Positions 49,004 through 59,123 of a stretch of 64,000 bases of DNA are shown piece by piece. Origin of the DNA: an uncultured Acidobacteriaceae bacterium (GTDB taxonomy: Bacteria > Acidobacteriota > Terriglobia > Terriglobales > Acidobacteriaceae); contig CAWBBY010000039.1 in NCBI GenBank assembly GCA_963787145.1, positions 184,114 through 248,113 on the forward strand. The letters run 5' to 3'. A program made the translations under genes and the position numbers. Below the pieces are notes generated by a model. The model saw nothing but the letters and a program-made list of their open reading frames with translations, ran no database searches and was not told the DNA's origin. The stretch's first letter is position 1; each line of letters opens with the position of its first letter.

Positions 49004-49875
49004 AGGGCATCATTCTCGCCGGTGGTTCGGGGACCCGCCTCTATCCCGTCACACACGTGGTGTCCAAGCAACTGCTTCCCGTCTACGACAAGCCGATGAT
49101 CTACTACCCGCTGTCGGTGCTGATGCTGGCCGGCATTCGCGAGGTTCTGATCATCTCTACGCCGGCGGATACGGCGCTCTTCGAACGGCTTCTGGGCTCG
49201 GGTGAGCAGTGGGGCATGTCCTTTCACTATGCCGTTCAGCCAACTCCGGATGGCCTGGCCCAAGCGCTGATTATCGGCGAAGAATTTATTGGTGGCGCGC
49301 CTTGCGCTCTCATTCTCGGGGACAATATTTTTTACGGCCACGATTTTGCCCACAGTCTTCAGGCGGCGGCGCAGGTCCAGGATGGCGCTGTGGTCTTTGC
49401 CTATCCGGTCTCCGATCCGGAGCGTTACGGAGTGGTGGAGTTCGACACCTCGGGCCGTGCCTTATCCATTGAAGAAAAGCCAGAGAAGCCGAAATCCCGC
49501 TATGCTGTCACCGGCCTGTATTTTTTTGACGGACAGGCCTCGCAGATAGCCCGTCAGATCGCTCCTTCGGCGCGCGGTGAACTGGAGATTACCGATGTCA
49601 ACCGCTGGTATCTGGAGAGAGGCAAGCTGCGTACCCAGCTCCTGGGCCGGGGCTTTGCTTGGCTTGACACTGGAACACATGACTCACTGATCGAAGCAGC
49701 TATTTTTATCGAGACCATCGAGAAGCGGCAGGGACTCAAGGTTGCCTGTCCTGAAGAGATCGCCTATCGCTTAGGCTGGATCGACGCCGCACGACTGGAA
49801 AAGTTAATTGCTCGCGTAGCGAAAAGTGGCTACGGCAAGTATCTGCGCTCCGTTCTGGAGGAGCGTGTTTTTTAA
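49000..49875 (+). CDS. rfbA: glucose-1-phosphate thymidylyltransferase
   Basis: [18 protein letters not shown]...[18 protein letters not shown]. It overlaps the rfbB stop by 4 nt. Confidence 0.95.
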   Translation: MKGIILAGGSGTRLYPVTHVVSKQLLPVYDKPMIYYPLSVLMLAGIREVLIISTPADTALFERLLGSGEQWGMSFHYAVQPTPDGLAQALIIGEEFIGGAPCALILGDNIFYGHDFAHSLQAAAQVQDGAVVFAYPVSDPERYGVVEFDTSGRALSIEEKPEKPKSRYAVTGLYFFDGQASQIARQIAPSARGELEITDVNRWYLERGKLRTQLLGRGFAWLDTGTHDSLIEAAIFIETIEKRQGLKVACPEEIAYRLGWIDAARLEKLIARVAKSGYGKYLRSVLEERVF

Positions 49876-49884
49876 AATTGGAGA

Positions 49885-50036
49885 AGCTTAACCGCAGATC
49901 CCTCCACTGCGCTGCGCTCCGGTCGGGATGACAATTTCGTTGGGAAATCGATGATTTTGTACGAGAGTGCCGGTTATCTAACGAAATTGTCATCCCGACC
50001 GGAGCGCAGCGTAGTGGAGGGATCTGCGGTTAAGCT
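49885..50036. repeat. Family-A-type palindromic element: 57-bp inverted repeat (1 mismatch) with a 38-nt spacer
   Basis: 49885-49941 (agcttaaccgcagatccctccactgcgctgcgctccggtcgggatgacaatttcgtt) against 49980-50036. Confidence 0.9.
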
Positions 50037-50078
50037 TTCGATTCTCTCGCAAACACTGTCAGCTCTCCTGGGGGACTG

Positions 50079-51845
50079 TTACTTAGTTCCCGTCGGTAGC
50101 GAACTCTCCCGAGGACGCAGTGCCGCCAGAAAATCCTCGACCGGCCGCGTATTGAGGACATCCGCTTTCGTCAGCCAGGCCCGCCGCAATTGCCGAATTC
50201 CATACTGCATCGCGTCCAGATGGCTGATGTGGTGCGAGTCGGTATTGATCACGATGTTGCAGCCCAGCTCCCGGGCCCGGCGCAAGTCGATGTCGCACAG
50301 GTCAAGCCGGTCGGGATAAGCGTTATGCTCGACGGCTACGCCGAACTTCGCCGCCTGCTTGAGCACTGCCGTCAAATCCATTTCGTAGCTATCCCTCCGC
50401 AGCAATAACCTCCCGGTCAGATGGCCAAGTATTCTGATGTATGGATTCTCCAGTGCTTTGAGCAGACGCTCCGTCATCTGTTCTTTGGGCTGTTGGAAGA
50501 GAGAGTGAACGCTGGCAATCACCACGTCCATCTGGGCCAGCACGTCGGGTGAGAGATCGATTTCTCCATCACCCAGAATATCGACTTCGATCCCGGTCAG
50601 CACCCGGATGCGGCCCTCCATGCGCGCATCCACTTCGCGAATCTGTTTTATGTGTTCGAGCGCGCGCTGATCATCGAGTCCGTTAACCATGGCCAGATTC
50701 TTCGAGTGGTCAGTGATCGCGATGTACTGGTAGCCGCGCGCGATGCCTGCTTCTGCCATCTCGAGGATGGTGTTTCGCCCGTCCGTGGCTTGGGTGTGCA
50801 TATGCACATCTCCGCGCAGGTCACCGGTTTCGATCAGCCGCGGCAGGCGATGCTCGGCCGCTGCTTCGATCTCGCCTTGGTTTTCGCGCAGCTCGGGCGG
50901 AATCCAGTCCAGGCCCAGGGCTCCGTAGATCTCCTCTTCGGACGCGGCCGCCACCACCGCGCCGTCGTCCAAACGTGCCAGCGCATACTCGCTCAAGGTG
51001 TAGCCGCGCTTCAGCGCCCGCTGGCGTAGCGAGACATTGTGCATTTTCGACCCGGTGAAGTATTGCAGGGCGGCCCCGTAAGACGCCTTCGGCAAAAGGC
51101 GCACATCGACCTGCAGTCCACTGCGCAAACGAAAGCTCACTTTGTTCTGGCCCTTTGCCAGCAGCTCAGCGATCGGGGGATAGGCTGCCGTGTACTCGAC
51201 CGCAGCGGCAACGGCCTCTTCGGCACAGGCTGGACCGGTCACCAGTAGGTCCAGATCGCCCACGGTCTCGCGTCCCCGCCGCAGAGAGCCCGCCGGCATG
51301 ACCTGTTCGACCCCTGGGTACTGTTCCAGGTAGAGGGTCACTCGCTCGGCCGCGGCTTCAGCGTCGTCGAGTAGAAAGCGGCCGCTGTTTTTGCGATATT
51401 CCGTGATTCCGCGCGACAACTTCTCGATCAGCTTTTGTCCAAAGCGCGGCAGCGTCGCCAGCTTACCGGCGTCGATCGCGGCCTGCAGTTGTTCGATGTC
51501 GCTTACTTGCAATGCTTCCCAAAGCAGGGCCACCGTCTTCGGTCCCATGCCAGGCAGCTTCAGCAATTCCAGCATAGTGGGCCGATACTTGGTAAGCAGC
51601 TCGTCGCGCAGCTTCAGGCTTCCACGGGTTTCGATTTCCTGGATGTTCGTCGCCATGCCCTTGCCGATGCCTTGAATGGCAAGCAGCCGGGCAGGCTCAT
51701 TGACGAAAGAGCTGAGTTGTTCGGTGCTGTTCTCTACCGCTTCGGCGGCCCGCCGGTAGGAGCGGATACGGAACGGGTCTCCCGCCGCAATCTCTAGCAG
51801 GTCAGCGGTTTCGGCGAGTAACTGCGCAATGGATTTGTTGTCCAT
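50079..51845 (-). CDS. polX: family X DNA polymerase with a C-terminal PHP (3'-5' exonuclease/phosphoesterase) domain
   Basis: 588 aa with HhH motifs (IQGIGKGMA, LPGMGPKTV), the catalytic GSLRRGRETVGDLDLLV and the PHP histidines (GDVHMHT...ITDHS). Confidence 0.9.
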   Translation of the reverse strand: MDNKSIAQLLAETADLLEIAAGDPFRIRSYRRAAEAVENSTEQLSSFVNEPARLLAIQGIGKGMATNIQEIETRGSLKLRDELLTKYRPTMLELLKLPGMGPKTVALLWEALQVSDIEQLQAAIDAGKLATLPRFGQKLIEKLSRGITEYRKNSGRFLLDDAEAAAERVTLYLEQYPGVEQVMPAGSLRRGRETVGDLDLLVTGPACAEEAVAAAVEYTAAYPPIAELLAKGQNKVSFRLRSGLQVDVRLLPKASYGAALQYFTGSKMHNVSLRQRALKRGYTLSEYALARLDDGAVVAAASEEEIYGALGLDWIPPELRENQGEIEAAAEHRLPRLIETGDLRGDVHMHTQATDGRNTILEMAEAGIARGYQYIAITDHSKNLAMVNGLDDQRALEHIKQIREVDARMEGRIRVLTGIEVDILGDGEIDLSPDVLAQMDVVIASVHSLFQQPKEQMTERLLKALENPYIRILGHLTGRLLLRRDSYEMDLTAVLKQAAKFGVAVEHNAYPDRLDLCDIDLRRARELGCNIVINTDSHHISHLDAMQYGIRQLRRAWLTKADVLNTRPVEDFLAALRPRESSLPTGTK

Positions 51846-52077
51846 CCCATCCCCGTGTGCATTGCTGTCCAGGGGACATTAAAACATTTTCACTTCTGGT
51901 GTATGCAAGGCAAGCGCTGCAGACACAACTTTTCCTCAAGCCGTGGAAGAAAAGCCGCACTTGCGGCAGATGGATTTTCGACCGCAAACAACTCCGCGCA
52001 CGCAAGGTGCGAGAGCAAGACGCTTTTCTTCACAGCTATGCGTAGGCAGGCGCCTGCGATTTATCCGGCTTGAGGCG

Positions 52078-52296
52078 TTAGGCTACTTCTCGAACTCGAC
52101 TTACGGAATCGGCCTGAGGACCTTTCTGTCCCTGAACGATGTCGAATTCCACCTCGTCCCCTTCTTTCAAGCTCTTGTATCCATCGAGTTGGATCGCGCT
52201 GTAATGCACAAACACGTCGGGTCCGTCGTCCCGGCCAATAAAGCCATAACCCTTCGCGTTATTGAACCACTTCACTTTGCCTTTGTATTGAGCCAC
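52078..52296 (-). CDS. cold-shock protein (CspA family)
   Basis: [16 protein letters not shown] (RNP1) and VFVHYS (RNP2). GTG start at 52296 preceded by aaggaagg gives a typical 72-aa protein. The track ORF extends to 52344. Confidence 0.88.
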   Translation of the reverse strand: MAQYKGKVKWFNNAKGYGFIGRDDGPDVFVHYSAIQLDGYKSLKEGDEVEFDIVQGQKGPQADSVSRVREVA

Positions 52297-52431
52297 TAGC
52301 CTGTCGACCTTCCTTGACGCTGGATCGAGCATGAGAAGAACCAACTGCTCTCCTTTACAGACGTATCAGGCGGTCGAATGGTTTTCCCCAAAATGTCGGT
52401 TCGATTCCGTGGGGCTTCTACGGTAAGGGCC

Positions 52432-53052
52432 CTATTTTCTGTTCTTTTTTTTCTCCCCCTGCCGCAGCCGGTCATAAAGCATCACTGAAATCAGCGTCTT
52501 ACCGTCGTGAACCTTGCCCTCTTCGATCATGCTCAGCAGCTTGGAGAGGGGTATCCTTTCGATCTCCAGCTGTTCGTCGTACTCCGGTTGCGCCTCTCCC
52601 ACAGTCAGGCCTTCGGCGATGAACACCTGCATCCACTCACCCAGAAAGCCGGGGCTGGCAAAGTAGCGCACCATTTTGCGCCAGCGCGTGGCCCGAAAGC
52701 CCGTTTCTTCCAGTAGCTCACGCTTGGCTCCAGCCAGCGGATCCTCGCCTTCCTCCAATTTTCCAGCCGGAACCTCGAGCAGATATTGTTTCGCGGCATG
52801 ACGATACTGTCGCTCGATCACAATCAGGGGGTCACGCTTGCTTTTCGCATCGTCGATCGCAAGGATGACGACCGACCCGTTGTGGCGCACTACATCGCGC
52901 AGGACTTTCCGGCCGTTCTCCAGAATTTCGTCGGTGTATACGCGGAAGAGGGGGCCGTCATAGCTCAACTTGGACGAGATCACTTCGACTTCGGGGTGCT
53001 TGCTGCTGGTCTTCCTGGGTGCACTCTTACTCAACGCTTGTTTCCTGGCCAT
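52432..53052 (-). CDS. NUDIX hydrolase (ADP-ribose pyrophosphatase-like)
   Basis: Nudix box GKLEEGEDPLAGAKRELLEETG. Confidence 0.85.
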   Translation of the reverse strand: MARKQALSKSAPRKTSSKHPEVEVISSKLSYDGPLFRVYTDEILENGRKVLRDVVRHNGSVVILAIDDAKSKRDPLIVIERQYRHAAKQYLLEVPAGKLEEGEDPLAGAKRELLEETGFRATRWRKMVRYFASPGFLGEWMQVFIAEGLTVGEAQPEYDEQLEIERIPLSKLLSMIEEGKVHDGKTLISVMLYDRLRQGEKKKNRK

Positions 53053-53313
53053 GCCACTCCTTCACTCTGCTGGATAATTTAAAGTACCATCCGGGCAACG
53101 GTGCGCCGGGGCGCTCTGGGCGAGGGAGTTTGCAGCGCGGGGTTTCCGGCGCGGACCGATCGCCCGAGGGGGGTGTAGAGACAATCGTCTGCATCTTCAG
53201 GCCCTGGAGGCCCATCCTATGTACGCGCCCAGGGCAAGAAAGAGCTGTGCCGGCTACGTACAGGAATCCGGGGTAGCATCGTGAGAGACTTGAGCAGCAG
53301 AGGGAGCGAACGG

Positions 53314-54951
53314 ATGGCGTTGGAAGAGGAGACGGCCGTAAAGACCGAGTGTTATCCCATCGCGCTTCTGCCTGGTCTTAGCCGGCTGTTCCTGGACTTC
53401 GTAGAGCGCCGTGAAGCGCTCGCGCCCTTCTACCCGGCCAGTGCGTATTCCACCCAGTGGATGACCGCGCCTCCGGTTCTTCCTGCCGCTCATCGCGCAT
53501 CTCTTTGCGACTTGCTGGAGCAACAGAACCGCAGTTTCGGCGCCTCGGACGCGGTCTTTCAGAATATCGCGCGACTACGGGACGGCGCAGGCGCAGTGGT
53601 CAGCGGCCAGCAGGTTACGCTGTTCGGCGGCCCGCTCTTTACCATCCTCAAAGCAGCGACCGCGATTCGAAAAGCAAAAGACGCATCCACCTCCGGCAGC
53701 CCGCACGTGCCGATTTTCTGGTTGGCGACCGAAGATCATGACATTGCAGAAGCCGATCACGTAACGCTGCCCGACCGGCACCAGCTGAAGACTCTGCGTC
53801 TCACTACTGGGGACCCGCATGGAGTGGCGGCGAGCAGCCTGACCCTGGGAAAGAATGTTGAGGAGCTGGTGGCCCAGGCAGGTGAAATCCTCGGGCCCGG
53901 GCCGGTGCTCGATCAGCTCGCCGCCTGCTATCGGGAAGGCCAGAGTCTGGGCCAAGCTTTTGCGCAATTTATCTCCCGCACCTTTGCCGCTCAGGGACTG
54001 GTGGTAGTAGACGCTGCATCGCGTGGCTTCCATGCTTTGGGTAGCGATGTTCTGCGCCAGGCGATCGTGCGCGCGGATGAGCTGCGGGTAGCGATCACCG
54101 ATCGTGACCAGCAGCTTGTTGCTGCCGGCTATCACTCCCAGGTTTTGGTTCCGCAGCTATCCAGTTTGCTCTTCCTGTTCGAGAGCGGCTCCGGGGCGCG
54201 GGTCCCGCTGCGGCGAACGGCAGATGGTGGTTGGCATGCAGCAAGGCATCACTACTCTACCTCAGAGTTGCTGGCTATTCTGGATGCGGAACCCGAGCGA
54301 CTCAGCCCCAACGCTCTGCTGCGGCCCATTTTTCAGGATTCCATTTTGCCCACCTCCGCCTACATAGGCGGGCCGTCTGAAGTCGCATATTTCGCTCAGT
54401 CGCAGGTGCTTTATGAACGCATCCTGGGGCGCACCACGCCGGTTCTTCCTCGTCTGTCGGCCACGCTCATCGAGCCTGCGATCGGTAGTCTGCTCGCCCG
54501 GCACGATGTTTCCTTACCCGATGTGATTCAGAGCGCCTTGAAAGACCCATTCGAGCTGGCTCAGCGGTTGGGCGCGCGGGCGATCTCGGTGGTGGGCAAG
54601 CGCAAGCTCGCCGCGGCTGGAAGCGCTCTGGACACGGAGCTCTCGTCGCTAGCCACCTATATGCACTCCCTCGACCCCGGTCTGGGCCGGGCGGCCGATG
54701 TCAGCAGCTCCAAGATGCGCTACCAGATGAACCGCATGCGCCGGCTGGCGGCCAACTATGAGCTCCGCCGCGAGCAATCGCTTGGCCGTGATGCCGGGCT
54801 GATCGCGCTCAACCTTTTCCCCGATCGCCATCCACAGGAGCGGATTCTTGCTGCCGCATGGTTCCTTTCCCGCTACGGCGAAGGCCTGCAGGAGTTGCTG
54901 GTGGAACAAGCCGGACAACAATGCCCCGGTCACAAGGCTATCTGGCTGTAG
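53314..54951 (+). CDS. bshC: bacillithiol biosynthesis cysteine-adding enzyme BshC
   Basis: About 545 aa. N-terminal LSRLFLDF, VVSGQQVTLFGGPLFTILKAATAI (the conserved xGQQ segment) and overall length fit BshC. ATG 53314 is preferred to GTG 53281. Confidence 0.75.
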   Translation: MALEEETAVKTECYPIALLPGLSRLFLDFVERREALAPFYPASAYSTQWMTAPPVLPAAHRASLCDLLEQQNRSFGASDAVFQNIARLRDGAGAVVSGQQVTLFGGPLFTILKAATAIRKAKDASTSGSPHVPIFWLATEDHDIAEADHVTLPDRHQLKTLRLTTGDPHGVAASSLTLGKNVEELVAQAGEILGPGPVLDQLAACYREGQSLGQAFAQFISRTFAAQGLVVVDAASRGFHALGSDVLRQAIVRADELRVAITDRDQQLVAAGYHSQVLVPQLSSLLFLFESGSGARVPLRRTADGGWHAARHHYSTSELLAILDAEPERLSPNALLRPIFQDSILPTSAYIGGPSEVAYFAQSQVLYERILGRTTPVLPRLSATLIEPAIGSLLARHDVSLPDVIQSALKDPFELAQRLGARAISVVGKRKLAAAGSALDTELSSLATYMHSLDPGLGRAADVSSSKMRYQMNRMRRLAANYELRREQSLGRDAGLIALNLFPDRHPQERILAAAWFLSRYGEGLQELLVEQAGQQCPGHKAIWL

Positions 54952-54991
54952 GGGCAGCTCAATACGGCAAGTCCCGGTTAAATGTTTTAGA

Positions 54992-55315
54992 ATGTTGGCA
55001 GCAATGAAGGCGAGGGCGGACAAGCCGTTCGACGTGACCTGTCCCGATTGCGGGGCGATCCTGAAGGTCGACCCCGAGACCAGGGCGATCCTGTCGCACA
55101 CCCCGGCTCCGCGCAAGCGGACCTTCGAAGATTTTGAAGCTGCCGCCAAGGCCATGCGCGCGCAGGATGAACGCAAAGAAGACATTTTCCGGCAGTCGGT
55201 AGAAGCCGAAAAGAATAAACAACAATTGTTCGACAAGCGATTCGAGGAAGCGTTGCGCAAGGCAAAGGAGACTCCCGACGAGGGACGCCCTCTGCGTGAA
55301 TTCGATCTCGATTAA
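54992..55315 (+). CDS. small zinc-ribbon protein with a charged coiled-coil tail
   Basis: CPDCG in DVTCPDCGAILKVD. The start is ambiguous (ATG 54992 or 55004). The track ORF from 54848 overlaps bshC and is probably too long. Confidence 0.5.
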   Translation: MLAAMKARADKPFDVTCPDCGAILKVDPETRAILSHTPAPRKRTFEDFEAAAKAMRAQDERKEDIFRQSVEAEKNKQQLFDKRFEEALRKAKETPDEGRPLREFDLD

Positions 55316-55392
55316 TCGATTTCCCAAGGGAGATTGATTAATGGCATTTCTCCGCATCTAAAACAAGCAGTTCACGCGAAAGAGAGACACCT

Positions 55393-55773
55393 ATGGGGAT
55401 CACACGCATTCCGCAGCAAGTGGCATCCAGCGTTCAAGACGCAGCCGAAGGCTTGAAGTACCAGGGAACCCGGCTTCTCGACAACGACTGGGATAAGAAC
55501 TGGGTGCGCACAGTGGCCGCCGGGTCTCTGGTGACGGGAGCGATTCTGCTGGCTACCGGCAAGCGCAAGGCCGGCTTGGCCGTTGCTGCTGCCGGTACTG
55601 TTTTCGCGTTGCTCGAAGATCCTGAGGGCGTCAAGAAAGTCTGGAACAGTCTCCCGGATTATCTCGAGAGCGGGCACAGTTTCCTGGGCCGTTTCGAAAA
55701 GTTTGTGGGAGAGGTAACGGCGCAGGGTGAGAAACTCCGCACCGTGGTCGAAAAAGCTGTACGCCAAGCCTAG
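55393..55773 (+). CDS. hypothetical protein with a central pair of hydrophobic helices
   Basis: 126-aa ORF with VAAGSLVTGAILLATGKRKAGLAVAAAGTVFALL. No recognisable domain. Confidence 0.5.
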   Translation: MGITRIPQQVASSVQDAAEGLKYQGTRLLDNDWDKNWVRTVAAGSLVTGAILLATGKRKAGLAVAAAGTVFALLEDPEGVKKVWNSLPDYLESGHSFLGRFEKFVGEVTAQGEKLRTVVEKAVRQA

Positions 55774-55782
55774 GCTTTCGCC

Positions 55783-56115
55783 TTAACCAATCCCTAATTG
55801 CTCGCGTGCCTTCTGGCTGATGCGGTCCGGAGTCCACGCCGGTTCCCACACCAGGTTGACCACGGTCTCGCTGATCTCTGGCACGCCCGCCAGCCGGTTC
55901 CGCACCTGTTCCATGATGGAGACATGGGCCGGGCAGCCTTGCGAAGTCATGGTCATATCCACTTCGACGCGCTGCCTGGGGAAGGCGCGCTTAGAGTTTG
56001 CGTCCGGGGTCAGCCTAACCGTGTAAATCAACCCCAGGTCCACGATATTCACTGGGATCTCAGGGTCATAGCAATCTCTCAGGGCATTCAGGACATCGTC
56101 TTCGGTGAGGGCCAT
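55783..56115 (-). CDS. DUF59 / Fe-S cluster assembly (SufT/PaaD-like) protein
   Basis: LRDCYDPEIPVNIVDLGLIY and the later TSQGCPA motif. Confidence 0.85.
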   Translation of the reverse strand: MALTEDDVLNALRDCYDPEIPVNIVDLGLIYTVRLTPDANSKRAFPRQRVEVDMTMTSQGCPAHVSIMEQVRNRLAGVPEISETVVNLVWEPAWTPDRISQKAREQLGIG

Positions 56116-56189
56116 TCTCTTCTCCCTAGAAACTTTCGCGATTAAGGGCCCGACTAAAGAGGGCGGTCAAGGAAGGGTACGGCTTTACG

Positions 56190-56405
56190 GGCCGCAGAAA
56201 AACTCATGTTTTGTATCAGGGCACGAATTTGGTCGGGCCGTACAGGTCTAGCAAAAATCTGGGCTTTAGCTCCTGAGCTTTTTCAGAAAGAAATTCGCGG
56301 CGAAGCAATGGAAAGCCGTTACCTCAGGGGCTAAAGCCCTCATAGCTGCGCCTTTTGCGGCCCGACTAAAGTCGTGCCCTGATACAAAACATGAGTTTTT
56401 CGCAG
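56190..56405. repeat. Family-D long imperfect palindromic element
   Basis: gaaaaactcatgttttgtatcagggcacga (left arm) is exactly inverted at 56371-56400. An inner pair gggctttagctcctgag / ctcaggggctaaagccc is also present. Confidence 0.85.
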
Positions 56406-56502
56406 CATGTAGACCCTCTCCGGTCGCATACTCTGGTACGCCACGAGTAAGGCTGTGCCCTTCGTTGACCAGCCTTTCCGGAGCTGTGCAAGACGTTGGG
56501 AG

Positions 56503-57411
56503 TCAGTTTTTGCGCTCCACCAGGTACCGTGCCACCGCCTTCAGGCGATCAGCGCGATCGCCATACCCGGTTAACTGTGCAAACGCCTCTTCAACCAACC
56601 GCTCCGCATCCATCACGCTCTGGGCCAGCCCGTACACTGCGGGCCAAGTCGCCTTCTCACTGGCTACATCCTTGCCGGCGGTCTTTCCCAGTTGGGAGGA
56701 ATCCTGGGTTACATCCAGCACATCGTCCATGATCTGGAAGGCCAGCCCTGCTTTGCGTCCGAACTCCCGCAGCCGTTCGATGTCGCCGGCGGAACCGCCG
56801 GCATAGAGGCCACCGGCCATCAGGCTGACACGAATCAACGCACCGGTCTTGGCACGATGGATCGCTTCCACCAGCTCCGGGGTTGGCTTATGTTCCTCAG
56901 CCTCGAGGTCCATGACCTGGCCGCCGATCATGCCCTCGACGGTTCCAGTAGCCTGTGCGATCAAGCGCACGATCTCCACCGTTTGCGGAGCCGGGCACTG
57001 CATGCCGGCCAGCACCTCGTAGGCTTGCGTCTGCAGCGCATCCCCGGCAAGGATGGCGATCGCCTCGCCAAAGGCAACGTGGCAGGTTGGCTTGCCGCGG
57101 CGGAGATCATCGTTATCCAGCGCGGGCAAATCATCATGAATAAGAGAATAGGTGTGCAGCATTTCGATCGCCGCGCCCAGCTCTTCCACCCCCTGGGGAA
57201 GTTGACCGGAGCACGCAATCATTCTTGCCGCTTCCATGCACAGTACCGGGCGCAGCCGCTTGCCTCCTGCAAAAACACTGTGCCGCATCGCCCGGTGAAT
57301 CGAGACCGGCGCCTGATCCGGACCGGGCAATAGGCGCTCCAGAGCCTGATCGATAAGCTCCGCACCGCTGCCCAGAATCTCGCGCACACTTTGCTGCATT
57401 TTGGTAATCAT
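56503..57411 (-). CDS. ispA: polyprenyl diphosphate synthase (FPP/GGPP synthase type)
   Basis: Aspartate-rich motifs LIHDDLPALDNDDLRRGKPT and FQIMDDVLD. Start at ATG 57411 overlaps the upstream stop (ATGA). The track ORF extends to 57627. Confidence 0.85.
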   Translation of the reverse strand: MITKMQQSVREILGSGAELIDQALERLLPGPDQAPVSIHRAMRHSVFAGGKRLRPVLCMEAARMIACSGQLPQGVEELGAAIEMLHTYSLIHDDLPALDNDDLRRGKPTCHVAFGEAIAILAGDALQTQAYEVLAGMQCPAPQTVEIVRLIAQATGTVEGMIGGQVMDLEAEEHKPTPELVEAIHRAKTGALIRVSLMAGGLYAGGSAGDIERLREFGRKAGLAFQIMDDVLDVTQDSSQLGKTAGKDVASEKATWPAVYGLAQSVMDAERLVEEAFAQLTGYGDRADRLKAVARYLVERKN

Positions 57412-59123
57412 ACGCGACGGTGACCGCGCCCCTTGCGCTCCCGCATGGCCACCACCGTGAGCGCCAGCAGTGCGATGGCGGAGACTGCGCGCCCGGCCAC
57501 GACGTCCCTGGTCGCTGTCCATTGCACTTCCATCACGTGACTCCCAACCTTCACCGGGACTGCCATCAATCCGTCTTCCCGCGCGGGCCGGCTCTTCACC
57601 TGTTGTCCATCGACGGTCACTCGCCATGACGGATAGTCCATCAAACGCAGCACCGCATAGCCTGGCTCCGGGGTTACCACGCTCACTGTCCAGTGCTCAC
57701 CGTTCCGTCGTTGGGCGCCAACCCGTGCCGCTATGCTGCCGGGATCTCCCGCTCGCCACTCCGGGTTGTCTGCCGAAGTGTCGTCCGCTGTGTCATCCTG
57801 CGCCGCACGCAGGACGCGCACCAGGGGCAGGTGCTGTTGGACGGCGGCATTATCCACTCCGACCGGCGTGTACTCATCCGTCCCTTCTGTGCCTTGCCCC
57901 AGCCGGAACCCGGCAAGCTGCGCTGCCACCGCATCCTCATCGTCGCAGGGCTGGAAGAACAGCAAAGAGGCGCTGATGGCCATGGCAGCGATCACGATCC
58001 CGGCCACCACAACGCGCCACCGGGCTTGGCGGACGACCGCCATACCGGCGAGCGTGCAGCCGGCCACGCTGAGCGCCATCAGCCAACGCCAGGGAAACTG
58101 CAGAAACTTCATGTGCGGCGCGTGCTTCCAAATCACCTCGCTAGCAGGCAATTGCAGTACCAGAATGATCGGGAGCATCGCGGTCAGAACAATCCTCACA
58201 GTCTTGATTGCCCCGCCCGCTTGCTTTTTCCACGCCAGGTAAGCCGCGACGGAAGCCCCGGCAAATTCCAGGACAAGGATCCAAGAGGCCGTGCGCAGCA
58301 CCTGGTCATGAAAAGCGTTGGCCGTGTGCGCGAAGAGGAAGCTGTCCTCGACCCGCATTCCGGGCGTAATCGCGCGCTCGATCTGTACCCACCGCTGCTC
58401 GAACGCCGCAGGCACGATGTAGAAAGCGGCCAGTCCCAGGCCGAGAGCCATTCCACCTGCTGCGCGCAGAGCCGGCCAGGGCCGGCCCTCCGCTATCCAC
58501 ATGCCCACCGCGAGGAATGCCAGTAGATAACTGCCCACCACCGCGGCGGGTGAGTTGGTGAGCCACAGGGCAGCCACCGAGAGGCCGAGCGGCGCAACGG
58601 AGCCACTCCTTCGAAGCCCGAATAGCACCATCAAGGGAAGCCATGCGGCCGCCAGCAGCTCGCCAAAAGCCGAACGCTCGTAGGCCACAAACATCGCATA
58701 GGGACTGGCGACATAAAGACAGGCGGCAAATGTTGCCGGGCCCGCCGGCGCCCACTCCCGCGCCAGCCGGTACATGCTGCCTCCGGCGGCCAGCAGCGCC
58801 AGCAGCACGAAGAGCACCGGAGCCGCGTGCCAGGAGGTCGCGATCCCCAACAGCGCGCCCAGAAGCCAGGAAGCCGGCGGATAAAAGATGAACCGCGGCT
58901 CACCCGCGCCATAGTTCGCATCCTGTACCCAGTGGGGATACAGAAGGCCCGCATGCCAGGCCCGTGCAACCTCCATCCAGGAGAGCAGGTGGAAGTCGAA
59001 ATCATGGCCGCACGAATTGCCTCGCGCGAACAGAACTCCAGTCGCAAGCAAAGCAGTGCAGGCGATCAAAAGCGCCGGCATTCTGCGCAGGAGGGCCGGA
59101 GGGGGTACAGTGTTGGCCGTCAA
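57408..59123 (-). CDS. large polytopic membrane protein, possibly glycosyltransferase-like (resembles the PTPS-related/COG5617-type family)
   Basis: About 570 aa with more than 10 hydrophobic segments, an N-terminal GHDFDFHL motif and a soluble C-terminal domain. Start is TTG 59123 (TTGA overlap with the upstream stop) or ATG 59081. Confidence 0.6.
   Translation of the reverse strand: MTANTVPPPALLRRMPALLIACTALLATGVLFARGNSCGHDFDFHLLSWMEVARAWHAGLLYPHWVQDANYGAGEPRFIFYPPASWLLGALLGIATSWHAAPVLFVLLALLAAGGSMYRLAREWAPAGPATFAACLYVASPYAMFVAYERSAFGELLAAAWLPLMVLFGLRRSGSVAPLGLSVAALWLTNSPAAVVGSYLLAFLAVGMWIAEGRPWPALRAAGGMALGLGLAAFYIVPAAFEQRWVQIERAITPGMRVEDSFLFAHTANAFHDQVLRTASWILVLEFAGASVAAYLAWKKQAGGAIKTVRIVLTAMLPIILVLQLPASEVIWKHAPHMKFLQFPWRWLMALSVAGCTLAGMAVVRQARWRVVVAGIVIAAMAISASLLFFQPCDDEDAVAAQLAGFRLGQGTEGTDEYTPVGVDNAAVQQHLPLVRVLRAAQDDTADDTSADNPEWRAGDPGSIAARVGAQRRNGEHWTVSVVTPEPGYAVLRLMDYPSWRVTVDGQQVKSRPAREDGLMAVPVKVGSHVMEVQWTATRDVVAGRAVSAIALLALTVVAMRERKGRGHRRV

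Noticed and set aside
52398-52408. tRNA-like T-loop sequence ggttcgattcc
   Set aside because: The flanking bases give only a 3-bp T-stem, and no acceptor or anticodon arms can be drawn. The segment lies in the long 5' leader of the cold-shock gene, which is expected to be structured.
53262-53275. caggaatccgggg resembling a Family-B terminus upstream of bshC
   Set aside because: It is a single half-site with a mismatch and no partner terminus or central hairpin nearby, so it is too short to call.
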